Below are positions 47,944-56,785 of a stretch of DNA of 64,000 bases, piece after piece. Position 1 is the stretch's first letter, and each line of letters begins with the position of its first letter. Position numbers and translations under genes: made by a program. A model generated the notes under the pieces. That model had not been told where the DNA came from. It did not search any database and worked only from the letters and a program-made list of their open reading frames with translations. The stretch comes from Gammaproteobacteria bacterium. Lineage in GTDB: Bacteria > Pseudomonadota > Gammaproteobacteria > GCA-001735895. The DNA lies in the NCBI GenBank assembly GCA_014382695.1, contig JACNJF010000194.1, positions 861 through 64,860 of the forward strand. Direction: 5' to 3'.

Positions 47944-48390
47944 TCAGCTATTCTGCGTTAGAATTCTGTCCAGGTGGTTGGCAAAGGTCTTCCGATCGCT
48001 CTGATTGAGTGGCGGCGGCCCTCCGGTATCGACTCCACTGGAGCGCAGGCTATCCATAAAATCGCGCATATTCAGACGCGAGCGGATATTTTCGACGGTA
48101 TACAGTTCACCACGTGGGCTAAGCGAAGTTCCGCCTTTATCAATCACTTCTGCTGCTAGTGGTATATCACTGGTAATCACCAGATCCCCACTTTGCATGC
48201 GCTTTACGATTTCATTATCGGCTACATCAAAACCACTCTGCACACGAATCGATTTAATATATTTCGATGGAGGCACCGCAACCGACTGATTGGCAATCAG
48301 CGTTAGCTGGGTTGCGGTACGGTTGGCCGCTTTAAACAGTATGTCCTTGATGACAACAGGACAGGCATCGGCATCACACCAGATTTTCAT
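47944..48390 (-). CDS. yaiI: YaiI/YqxD family protein (UPF0178)
   Basis: '[22 protein letters not shown]', 'DVADNEIV', '[13 protein letters not shown]'. Confidence 0.85.
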   Translation of the reverse strand: MKIWCDADACPVVIKDILFKAANRTATQLTLIANQSVAVPPSKYIKSIRVQSGFDVADNEIVKRMQSGDLVITSDIPLAAEVIDKGGTSLSPRGELYTVENIRSRLNMRDFMDSLRSSGVDTGGPPPLNQSDRKTFANHLDRILTQNS

Positions 48391-48527
48391 AGCTTCGAAT
48401 TCACGGGGTTAAATGAGAGGCTGGAATTAGCCTTGAGCGGGCAGCGAGTTTACCTCACGCTATGCTAGCTGAACAGCGAGGATCGGAGTAAAGTTAACCT
48501 GAAGAAGGTTAGATCGGAGGACACATC

Positions 48528-50525
48528 ATGCCTATCCGCAGGCAGGCCAGGGTATTAAAGATTGTATTCGTGCTGTTATTTGCTATCCCGTTGCTGGGAT
48601 GCTTTAACTCTGACTCTGAGTCCCCGCCAACGTTTGAGTATCGCGCCGCACTCAAGCCTTTTTCCAGCTGTGATGCACTCGCCACCTATCTACAGGATAC
48701 GGCCGAGCAGCAGAATCGTCTGAGTCAGTATTATTATGCGCTGCCGGGCATCAGTAATGCCGTGCAGGATAATGTCATCGGTATTCCGGGTGGAAATGTC
48801 GCGCTAAGTGCGGATGCTATTGCGCCGGCCATAGAAACTACCCGTACAATCAGCGAGTTTACCCAGACCAATAATCAGGTGAGTGGGGTCGATGAAGCCG
48901 ACTTCATCAAAACCGATGGCGACTATAGCTATATCGTGAGCGGTGGCTTTCTGGTCGTAGTGGATAACTGGCCAGCCGATCAAAGCTCAATACTGGCTCG
49001 GATAGCGGTGAAAGGCTTGTCTTCCAATCTGTTTGTGTATCAGGATACGGTGTGGGTCGTGAGTGATTTAATGAGCACCGACCTGTCCGCCAGTCAGATG
49101 GCCTTTGCACCCCGGGTCAATCAGTTAACCCTGATTTCAATGTTCGATATCACCGATCGCAGCAATCCGCTGTTGCTGCGTGAAACAACACTGGAAGGTT
49201 ACTATGTCGATGCCAGACGTATTGATAACCGGGTGTATCTGGTCACTTCCGCTTACTTTGATCTGTATCCGTTACTTTCTGATAATGCCAGTCCTGCGAT
49301 TGATACGTTGCTACCGAAGCTGTCCGACCGAGTGTATAACGCAGGAATCAGTAGCGTCAGTGAACAGCTGATCAGCCCCTGTGAACAGATCTATCAACCG
49401 GGTACCGCAAATGGCACCGGTACCATCACCCTGTCGACGTTTGATTTACTGACACCTCGGTCTGAGATCAAACGCCAGACCATCATCAGTAATTCAGGAA
49501 CCATCTATGCCAGTCGTGAGCATCTTTATCTGGCCACGGTAGAGGATAACTTCTGGACCTGGTTGCCCGTGCTGGAAGGCGATGAAGTTCCCAGTCCTGG
49601 TACTACCTTGCATAAATTTAGCCTGTTGCAGGAACCGGTGTATCTGGCCAGTGGACGAGTCGACGGTTATCTGTTGAATCAGTTTGCGCTGGATGAACAT
49701 AACGATTTATTGCGCATAACTACTACCAGTTTTGCGTGGTGGAACAACCAGCCGCCGCAGAACAGGCTGTATATCCTTGAGCAGCAGGGTGAGCGACTGG
49801 TGCAACGCAGTCAGCTAGATGGGCTGGGTAAGCCCGGAGAGCGCATCTATGCCACACGCTTTTTTGGTGATCAGGGTTTTGTCGTGACTTTCCAGCAGAT
49901 TGACCCGTTGTATACGCTGGATCTGAGTGATCCGGATAATCCGCAAGTTGCTGGCGAACTGGAGGTTCCTGGATTTTCCACCTATCTGCATCCTCTGGAG
50001 GATGGTCTGCTGCTGGCGATTGGACGCAACCAGAGCAATAACGCCACCGATGTCAGTCTGTTTGATACCACGGATTTTTCTCAACCGGCACTGCTGCATC
50101 GGATCTCTATCGGCAAGGACAGTTATTCGGAAGCTGAATACAATCATAAGGCCTTTACCTGGTATCCACGTGAACAGTTGTTGGCGCTGCCGGTCACGCG
50201 TTGGTCGGGTGATTTGGTGCGGGATGGTTACTCGGGCTACCGACTGTTCAACGGTCTGCAATTATATCGGGCCGACCGAGTAAATGGTTTCGCTGATGTT
50301 GGGCTGGTCGATCATAGTTCGCTGTATCAAAATAGTACGGGCCAGTTCTGGTATCAGCCGGAAAATATCCGTAGAAGTTTTTTTGTGGCTGATGACGCAA
50401 ATCAGAGTTACCTGTACTCGGTCAGCAGTCGTGGCATCAAGATCAATGCACTCGGCGATCTGGCAACGGATCTGGCGGTACTAGAATTACCCGTGTATGA
50501 CAGGCAGAATGTTCTTTTTTATTAA
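48528..50525 (+). CDS. secreted beta-propeller domain lipoprotein (Beta_propel / COG4880-like)
   Basis: Lipobox 'LLGC' and 'VSGVDEADFIKTDGDYSYIV' (the family hallmark), then 'DPLYTLDLSDPDNPQVAGELEVPGFSTYLHP'. Confidence 0.7.
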   Translation: MPIRRQARVLKIVFVLLFAIPLLGCFNSDSESPPTFEYRAALKPFSSCDALATYLQDTAEQQNRLSQYYYALPGISNAVQDNVIGIPGGNVALSADAIAPAIETTRTISEFTQTNNQVSGVDEADFIKTDGDYSYIVSGGFLVVVDNWPADQSSILARIAVKGLSSNLFVYQDTVWVVSDLMSTDLSASQMAFAPRVNQLTLISMFDITDRSNPLLLRETTLEGYYVDARRIDNRVYLVTSAYFDLYPLLSDNASPAIDTLLPKLSDRVYNAGISSVSEQLISPCEQIYQPGTANGTGTITLSTFDLLTPRSEIKRQTIISNSGTIYASREHLYLATVEDNFWTWLPVLEGDEVPSPGTTLHKFSLLQEPVYLASGRVDGYLLNQFALDEHNDLLRITTTSFAWWNNQPPQNRLYILEQQGERLVQRSQLDGLGKPGERIYATRFFGDQGFVVTFQQIDPLYTLDLSDPDNPQVAGELEVPGFSTYLHPLEDGLLLAIGRNQSNNATDVSLFDTTDFSQPALLHRISIGKDSYSEAEYNHKAFTWYPREQLLALPVTRWSGDLVRDGYSGYRLFNGLQLYRADRVNGFADVGLVDHSSLYQNSTGQFWYQPENIRRSFFVADDANQSYLYSVSSRGIKINALGDLATDLAVLELPVYDRQNVLFY

Positions 50526-50538
50526 AGTGAGTTTCGAC

Positions 50539-50901
50539 ATGCTCAGAGCCTTCATTATATTCACGCTTGTCTTTATTCAAAACGCCTGTGTGACCAGCAG
50601 TACTGTAATCACCGGCGAAGTCAGGGAGCGGATTGAGTTTGAGGCCGTGGAAGTGTTTTTTAATACTGCGCCTGACTGTGATTTCGATGTCATCGCCCAT
50701 ATCAATATCCCAGGTACCTATTTCAACCGCGCATCGCTGATCGACGCGTTTCGCTGGAAAGCCGCTTCGGTTGGCGCTAATGCAATACAGATCCTCGATA
50801 TTCAGCCGGTTGGTGTTAACGAGATGATGGGTTCAGCCAGAGCCTTACGTTGCGAGCGTGCAGTCCCTCTGTTCAATCCGATCGAGAAAGTTGACCTTTA
50901 A
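50539..50901 (+). CDS. hypothetical small lipoprotein
   Basis: ATG 50539 gives 'MLRAFIIFTLVFIQNAC', a lipobox-like sequence. It starts 13 nt after the beta-propeller stop. Confidence 0.5.
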   Translation: MLRAFIIFTLVFIQNACVTSSTVITGEVRERIEFEAVEVFFNTAPDCDFDVIAHINIPGTYFNRASLIDAFRWKAASVGANAIQILDIQPVGVNEMMGSARALRCERAVPLFNPIEKVDL

Positions 50902-50943
50902 TGATTTAGCGTTAAGCTTACACAAACTATAACAAACGGCTTC

Positions 50944-52416
50944 ATGTTCTCTTTTTCCTCCCAGTTCTCAGATGGTGAAAACAGTTACCGGCTGATTGCC
51001 GCACTGTTTCTGCGCCTGCTCGCCATCATTTATTTCATGGCCTTCTTTTCTCTCAGCTTTCAGATTACCGGGCTGGTGGGAGAGCAGGGCATACTGCCAC
51101 TCAGCCCCTGGCTGGATAGCCTGCTGAGTGAAATGGGCGGCTCGGCTTTTGTCTACTTTCCGATGTTGTTCTGGTTTGAGCAGAGCGATTTTTTCCTGCA
51201 GGCAGTAGCCTGGTCGGGTTGTGTTGTTTCAATTTCGCTATTGCTTAATATCTGGCCCAGACTGAGCCTGATCCTGCTGTTCATTTTCTATCTGTCGCTG
51301 GTTAAGGCAGGGCAGACCTTTATGAACTTTCAGTGGGATGGCTTACTGCTGGAGGCTGGATTTCTGGCAATTTTTCTACGTCCGGATTCCAGAATCCTGA
51401 TCCTGTTATTCCGCTGGTTACTGTTTCGCTTACGCTTCATGTCCGGTATTTCAAAACTGGTGATGGGCGATCCGTCCTGGCTGGGCATGACGGCGCTGAT
51501 CTATTACTTTGAAACCCAGCCGTTACCGCATGTAGGGGCCTGGTATTTTGATAACCTGCCGCAGATACTACTGATCGCCGCTACCGTTCTGGTGCTGATC
51601 ATTGAGATCATAGTGCCTTTTATGATGTTTTTACCCCGGCGTTATCGTCTGATAGCCGCCTGGGCCACGCTCGCGCTGCAAGTGCTGATTATGCTCAGCA
51701 GTAATCACAACTGGTTTAACTTTCTGACCATCGCGTTATGCCTTTTTCTGTTCGATGATAAAGCCGTGCGACGCATCGTACCGGGTGGGCTGGAACGCTG
51801 GTTGACCATGAGCTGGGCGCAACGCCTGCAAAACCCGCGCGCTCGACGTTCGGTGGCGGCGAGTTATCTGCTGGCGGGAGTGGTTACGCTGGGCGGTATC
51901 CTGAGCATCCATAAATTGGTCACCAACAGGAGTCTGGGCACTGTTGCCGATACCCTGCAGGATATCCTGCAGCAATGGCATATCGTGAATACCTATCATG
52001 TTTTCCCAACCATGACGACGCGTCAGATCGAACTTAAAATTGAAGGCTCTATCGATGGGATTAACTGGAAAGAGTATGAGTTTATCCATCGCCCAAATGC
52101 GCTATCGAAAGCACCGACGATCGTTTTCCCGCATCATCCGCGACTCGACTGGATGATGTGGTTTGTGCCGTTTCATCCACGCTTTTTACCCTGGTTTGAT
52201 GCTTTCCTGCAAACCCTGCTGGAAAACTCAGCGCAGGTAACGGCATTGCTAAAGGATAATCCGTTCAAGGACCAGGCTCCCCGCTATCTGCGTGTGAATG
52301 CCTGGCACTATGAGTTTACCAGTCCCGCCGAGCGTGAGCAGACTGGCAACTGGTGGAAACGCAGTTATCTGGGACCCTTTTACCCGCTACCCGGTAAATA
52401 CAGGATCGCGCCCTGA
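50944..52416 (+). CDS. lipase maturation factor (LMF1)-family polytopic membrane protein
   Basis: 'YRLIAALFLRLLAIIYFMAFFSLSFQITGLVGEQGILP', many TM helices, and a C-terminal soluble domain 'YEFIHRPN...HHPRLDWMMWF', as I recall for LMF-family proteins. Confidence 0.7.
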   Translation: MFSFSSQFSDGENSYRLIAALFLRLLAIIYFMAFFSLSFQITGLVGEQGILPLSPWLDSLLSEMGGSAFVYFPMLFWFEQSDFFLQAVAWSGCVVSISLLLNIWPRLSLILLFIFYLSLVKAGQTFMNFQWDGLLLEAGFLAIFLRPDSRILILLFRWLLFRLRFMSGISKLVMGDPSWLGMTALIYYFETQPLPHVGAWYFDNLPQILLIAATVLVLIIEIIVPFMMFLPRRYRLIAAWATLALQVLIMLSSNHNWFNFLTIALCLFLFDDKAVRRIVPGGLERWLTMSWAQRLQNPRARRSVAASYLLAGVVTLGGILSIHKLVTNRSLGTVADTLQDILQQWHIVNTYHVFPTMTTRQIELKIEGSIDGINWKEYEFIHRPNALSKAPTIVFPHHPRLDWMMWFVPFHPRFLPWFDAFLQTLLENSAQVTALLKDNPFKDQAPRYLRVNAWHYEFTSPAEREQTGNWWKRSYLGPFYPLPGKYRIAP

Positions 52417-52420
52417 TGCC

Positions 52421-52588
52421 TCACTTGTGTAACTTGCCTTTATCAGTATTGGATGGTTTTTCCTGTTTATGCTCTGCCTGAGCAGGGGGATACAGACTAT
52501 CCATCATTTCCCCGGTGGTTAAAATAACCGTTATATCGTCATCGACTTCGTCGTCGTTGGCTGTTTCTCTGGGTTGCTTATCACGCAT
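52421..52588 (-). CDS. possible small acidic protein (55 aa; below the ORF-track cutoff)
   Basis: Hand translation gives MRDKQPRETANDDEVDDDITVILTTGEMMDSLYPPAQAEHKQEKPSNTDKGKLHK. AGAGG lies 6 nt upstream of the ATG, and the ORF starts 22 nt after the stop of the 386-aa gene. Confidence 0.4.
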   Translation of the reverse strand: MRDKQPRETANDDEVDDDITVILTTGEMMDSLYPPAQAEHKQEKPSNTDKGKLHK

Positions 52589-52610
52589 TCTGGACCTCTA
52601 TTCTCAGTAA

Positions 52611-53771
52611 TCATGCTGGCCAGTATTCCGTCTGTATGGATTCTCCTAAATCGGCATCGATCAGACGCTGTCTGACTTCGAGCAGTTTTTTAATTAATGC
52701 TGGTTCCGCCTTCTCATAGGCGGCTGCATCCGGCGCACGCTTAACAACCACGCCGAGTAATTCTGTAATCGCATTGCCTATCGAGTTCTGGCTGATGGTG
52801 ACGACCCATTTGCCACTATCGTTACGATAGATAAGCTGCTTGAAAGCCGGCTGCCAGCGTATCGCGTTGGCATATTGCGCGTTTTTAATGCACTGGTCAC
52901 GTACAATCTTGGCGGTGCTCAAAAAATCATTATTAAAGAGCAGCTTTTCTGTTACCTGTTGCGGGAAATTGACATTTTTTGGGATGGCAGCATTGCGCGT
53001 TGAAACCTGGCTGAAAAAAGTGCGGTAAAAATCGATAAACCCTTTTAGAATGATATCGTACTCTTGCCAGAATTTAACCTCCTTTATGGAATCCAGACCA
53101 CCACTAATCTCCCAGCAGGGAAGTCCCTGCGGGTAACCGGTCAACATCAGCTGCGACGAATCGCCAGTCATCGGTTTTAGTATTTCCAGCTCCAGGGTGT
53201 CGAAAAAAGCACAATAGGCATCATGCATATAGCTTTGAAACAGACTGTGCTGGCCACCATCGGTGAGGTTTGGGTTGTTAGTTTCAGCCAGCGGAGCATC
53301 ACGCAGTTGCTGTTTATCGAATACGATGAAATGATTGTGCAGCATGCGGATGCTGGGAACTCCAGCGGAGGTCAGCGGCCAGGTTGCATCCAGACTGGCT
53401 TCACCACACAGCAGCAGATGATTTTTCGGGTTGGGGAAAATCTCGTGCATGTAGCTGATCAGAATCTGGTTCATGCGGTTCCAGACATTGCGTACATTTT
53501 CCGGTACCTGAGTGCGCCTTACCGGACGACCCAGCGGATCCAGTATAACCTTGGATGTGTTGTAAATGATGGAGGCGTCGAATACATTGGAGTGTCCCAG
53601 CGCCTTCCGATACATTAACAGGTTTTCATCGTTGCGTAACAGACCGTTGTTATGCTCAAGATCATTCAGGTTTTCTGTGCTGTTGAAAAATTCATTCGGT
53701 TTCATACCTTCTGGCACATCCAGTGGAATGGGCCGGAATGGCGTGGTTATTTCTCTTGGTCCGGTGGTCAT
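52611..53771 (-). CDS. hypothetical protein (386 aa); no family assignable
   Basis: A long ORF with non-repetitive, soluble-looking sequence. The only motif-like element is 'GVPSIRMLHNHFIVF', a weak resemblance to a HIT-type His-x-His strand. Confidence 0.8.
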   Translation of the reverse strand: MTTGPREITTPFRPIPLDVPEGMKPNEFFNSTENLNDLEHNNGLLRNDENLLMYRKALGHSNVFDASIIYNTSKVILDPLGRPVRRTQVPENVRNVWNRMNQILISYMHEIFPNPKNHLLLCGEASLDATWPLTSAGVPSIRMLHNHFIVFDKQQLRDAPLAETNNPNLTDGGQHSLFQSYMHDAYCAFFDTLELEILKPMTGDSSQLMLTGYPQGLPCWEISGGLDSIKEVKFWQEYDIILKGFIDFYRTFFSQVSTRNAAIPKNVNFPQQVTEKLLFNNDFLSTAKIVRDQCIKNAQYANAIRWQPAFKQLIYRNDSGKWVVTISQNSIGNAITELLGVVVKRAPDAAAYEKAEPALIKKLLEVRQRLIDADLGESIQTEYWPA

Positions 53772-53862
53772 ACAGGGATACTCTGAGCTTTAAAATGTGC
53801 ATTAGGATACAGCAAAGAGAATGATTTTAGTCTTCAAAAAAACTTGGGTAGATATTCAATAG

Positions 53863-54720
53863 ATGAATCTTACGGCAAACAGTAAAGGAATTTTACTGGC
53901 CTTTAGCGGAATCGTCCTGTTGAGCCCCGACAGTCTGTTGATTCGTCTGATTGATACCGATCTGTGGAGCTTGATGTTTCTACGTGGTCTGTTTATGGGT
54001 GTTTCATTATTACTGCTCAATTTTGTGCTGCATCGGGGGCAGGCCGTACAGCAGTTTAAGATGCTGGATCGTTATGCCTGGGGCATTATTGTATTGACCG
54101 CCATCAGTTCCTTCTTCTTTGTGGCATCGATCCAGACCACAAGTGTTGCGCATACGCTGATTATCGTCGGTTCGACCCCGGTGGTGGCGGCTGTGCTGGC
54201 GCTGTATTTTCTGCACGAAAAAGTATCGCAGAATACCTGGATAACCATTTTTATCGTGGTTACAGGTCTGGCGGTGGTGGTTTATGATGATCAGCAAAGT
54301 ACCTTAAAGGGCGATGTATATGCGTTGATCGCCTGCCTGTTATGGTCGGTAAATTTTTTGCTGGCGCGACTGACACGCATGGCCGATATGGTGGCTTCGA
54401 TGTGTATCGGTGGTTTTATGATGGCTTTACTCAGTCTGCCACTGGCACAGCTTGATACGGTTTCCATTACTCAGTTGCTACTGAGTCTATTGCTCGGGCT
54501 GCTGGTGGGTGTATCGCTGTCACTGATTACATTGGCGCCACGCTATATTCTGGCTGCCGAAGTAGCAGTATTTCTTCCACTGGAGTCTGTTTTTGGTTCG
54601 TTGCTGGTGTGGTGGTTAGTGGGAGAATATCCCGGGTCCGTTTCACTGACGGCGGGTCTGGTCATCGTGCTGGCGATTATGCTAAACAGTTACCTGCAAA
54701 TCAGCAGGTCAACGAAGTGA
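53863..54720 (+). CDS. DMT-superfamily (EamA) transporter
   Basis: Ten hydrophobic helices in two EamA-like halves, with 'GILLAFSGIVLLSPDSLLIRL'. Confidence 0.85.
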   Translation: MNLTANSKGILLAFSGIVLLSPDSLLIRLIDTDLWSLMFLRGLFMGVSLLLLNFVLHRGQAVQQFKMLDRYAWGIIVLTAISSFFFVASIQTTSVAHTLIIVGSTPVVAAVLALYFLHEKVSQNTWITIFIVVTGLAVVVYDDQQSTLKGDVYALIACLLWSVNFLLARLTRMADMVASMCIGGFMMALLSLPLAQLDTVSITQLLLSLLLGLLVGVSLSLITLAPRYILAAEVAVFLPLESVFGSLLVWWLVGEYPGSVSLTAGLVIVLAIMLNSYLQISRSTK

Positions 54721-54760
54721 GTTTTTCTGGGCATGAATTTTTAACAATACAGGTATTTAC

Positions 54761-56155
54761 ATGACACAAAAAACACGTACCGAGACAGACAGCATGGGTG
54801 AACTACAGGTTCCGCTTGATGCACTGTATCGCGCTCAAACACAGCGTGCGGTAGAAAATTTTCCGCTCAGTGGGATTCCATTGCCGCGCCAGATGATACG
54901 TGCACTGGGGCTGATCAAGGTCGCCTGCGCGCGTACAAATCGGCAACTCGGTTTGCTGGATAATCCGATTGCGCGTGCGATCGAGCAGGCGGGGAAGCAG
55001 GTGGTGAGTGGTGACGTCGATGCGCATTTTCCGGTCGATATTTTTCAGACCGGTTCAGGCACCAGCAGTAACATGAATGCAAACGAAGTCATCGCCTCGC
55101 TGGCGAGTTCGCCAAAGCTTAAGGTGCATCCGAACGATCATGTGAATATGGGACAGAGCTCTAACGATGTGTTTCCTTCGGCCATCCATGTCAGTGCCTG
55201 CCTGGCGATTCATGAACAGCTATTGCCTGCGTTGTCACATCTGGAAAAAACCCTCAACCAGAAAGCCGATGAACTGAAGGATGTGGTGAAGACCGGTCGT
55301 ACTCATCTGATGGATGCGATGCCGCTTACCTTCGGCCAGGAAATTGGCGCCTGGGCGGCACAGATTAAACAGGGGATGTACCGGATTCAATCCAGCCTGA
55401 CGCGGTTGCAGAAGCTGGCACAGGGCGGCACTGCCGTCGGTACCGGGATCAATGCGCATGCAGAGTTTTCTTTGCGCGTGTGTGCTGAACTCAAGTTGCT
55501 GAGCGGGATCCAGTTCGCTCCCAAAGACAATCTGTTTGAAGGCCTGAGTAGCCAGGATTCTGCGGTTGAAATGAGCGGGCAGTTAAAGACGCTGGCGGTG
55601 GCATTGATGAAGATATCAAATGACCTGCGCTGGATGAATTCGGGACCGCTCGCCGGCCTCGCAGAGATTTCTCTACCGGCTCTGCAGCCCGGCAGTTCGA
55701 TCATGCCGGGTAAGGTCAATCCGGTCATTCCTGAAGCCGTTGCGATGGTTTGTGCGCAGGTCATCGGCAATGACAGTACCATTACCATTGCGGGCCAGTC
55801 GGGTAATTTTCAGCTGAATGTGATGTTGCCGGTGATCGCCTATAACCTGATTCAGAGCATTGAGCTGCTGGCGAATGCGGCGAAGCTACTGGCGGATAAG
55901 GCTATTCATGGGCTGACGGTCAATCACGAACAGATCGAACGGGCGCTATCGGTGAATCCGATACTGGTTACGGCTTTAAATCCGGTCATCGGTTATGAAC
56001 TGGGGGTGAAAATTGCCAGGGCAGCCTATGCACAGAAAAGACCAGTCTTCGATGTGGCTCGAGAATTATGCGACTTGAGTGAAGAAGAACTGCGGAAATT
56101 ACTCGATCCAGCCCGTTTGACCCAGGGCGGACCTGGCAAGGGAGGGATCGGCTAG
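54761..56155 (+). CDS. fumC: class II fumarate hydratase
   Basis: 'TETDSMGELQVP', 'TGSGTSSNMNANEV', and the signature 'GSSIMPGKVNP'. Confidence 0.95.
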   Translation: MTQKTRTETDSMGELQVPLDALYRAQTQRAVENFPLSGIPLPRQMIRALGLIKVACARTNRQLGLLDNPIARAIEQAGKQVVSGDVDAHFPVDIFQTGSGTSSNMNANEVIASLASSPKLKVHPNDHVNMGQSSNDVFPSAIHVSACLAIHEQLLPALSHLEKTLNQKADELKDVVKTGRTHLMDAMPLTFGQEIGAWAAQIKQGMYRIQSSLTRLQKLAQGGTAVGTGINAHAEFSLRVCAELKLLSGIQFAPKDNLFEGLSSQDSAVEMSGQLKTLAVALMKISNDLRWMNSGPLAGLAEISLPALQPGSSIMPGKVNPVIPEAVAMVCAQVIGNDSTITIAGQSGNFQLNVMLPVIAYNLIQSIELLANAAKLLADKAIHGLTVNHEQIERALSVNPILVTALNPVIGYELGVKIARAAYAQKRPVFDVARELCDLSEEELRKLLDPARLTQGGPGKGGIG

Positions 56156-56736
56156 TGTTGTTAACCTACCAGCAGCAGGATCGAAGTAATTTTCCAGAAA
56201 GCGAAAACTCTGTGTTTGACCGTGTCATTTACTGGTTTGAGAAAAGTGTGCTGGGGCTGAATTTGTGCCCGTTTGCGGCTAAGCCCTACCGCGAAGGGGG
56301 TATCCGTTTCGTGTCAAGCAGTGCCCAGACCGATGTAGATTGCCTGACCGATCTGTTTGACTGTCTAAACCAGCTCGATCAGCAGCCCGATATCGAAACC
56401 ATGGTGTTGATTTGCCCGCATCATCTACAGGATTTTTCTGACTATAACCAGTTTCTCGATTATTGTGATGCTTTACTCGAGCAACAAGGCTGGAGTGGTA
56501 TCTATCAGATCGCAAGTTTCCACCCTGACTATCAGTTTGCCGAAAATCTGCCCGATGATCGGGCCAACTGGACTAACCGTTCACCCAGTCCATTGCTGCA
56601 TTTGATTCGAGAAGCTTCCATCAGCCGGGCAGTGGCTGTTGCGAATAGTGCGGCAATCCCTGCACGCAATATCCAGACGATCGAGGCTTTGTCTGAAGCG
56701 CAGATGATTGAAATATTCGGTGCTCATTTGCGCTAA
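56155..56736 (+). CDS. DUF1415 protein
   Basis: 'LNLCPFAAKP', 'FHPDYQF' and the size fit DUF1415. The GTG start overlaps the fumC stop by 1 nt. Confidence 0.7.
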   Translation: MLLTYQQQDRSNFPESENSVFDRVIYWFEKSVLGLNLCPFAAKPYREGGIRFVSSSAQTDVDCLTDLFDCLNQLDQQPDIETMVLICPHHLQDFSDYNQFLDYCDALLEQQGWSGIYQIASFHPDYQFAENLPDDRANWTNRSPSPLLHLIREASISRAVAVANSAAIPARNIQTIEALSEAQMIEIFGAHLR

Positions 56737-56766
56737 AAAAAACCGGGGAGACACCCGGTTTTTTTG
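56735..56766. terminator. bidirectional rho-independent terminator between convergent genes
   Basis: An A-run, AACCGGG, loop GAGACA, CCCGGTT, then a T-run. It sits between the DUF1415 stop (56736) and the stop of the minus-strand gene (56786). Confidence 0.8.
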
Positions 56767-56785
56767 CTTATGCAAGTGACTATAA

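Noticed and set aside
53190-53330. The 'HNH' tripeptide in the 386-aa orphan as evidence for an HNH nuclease.
   Set aside because: The context (LHNHFIVF) is a hydrophobic beta-strand. It lacks the spaced His/Asn/His and Cys/His metal ligands of a beta-beta-alpha-Me finger. The tripeptide alone is not evidence.
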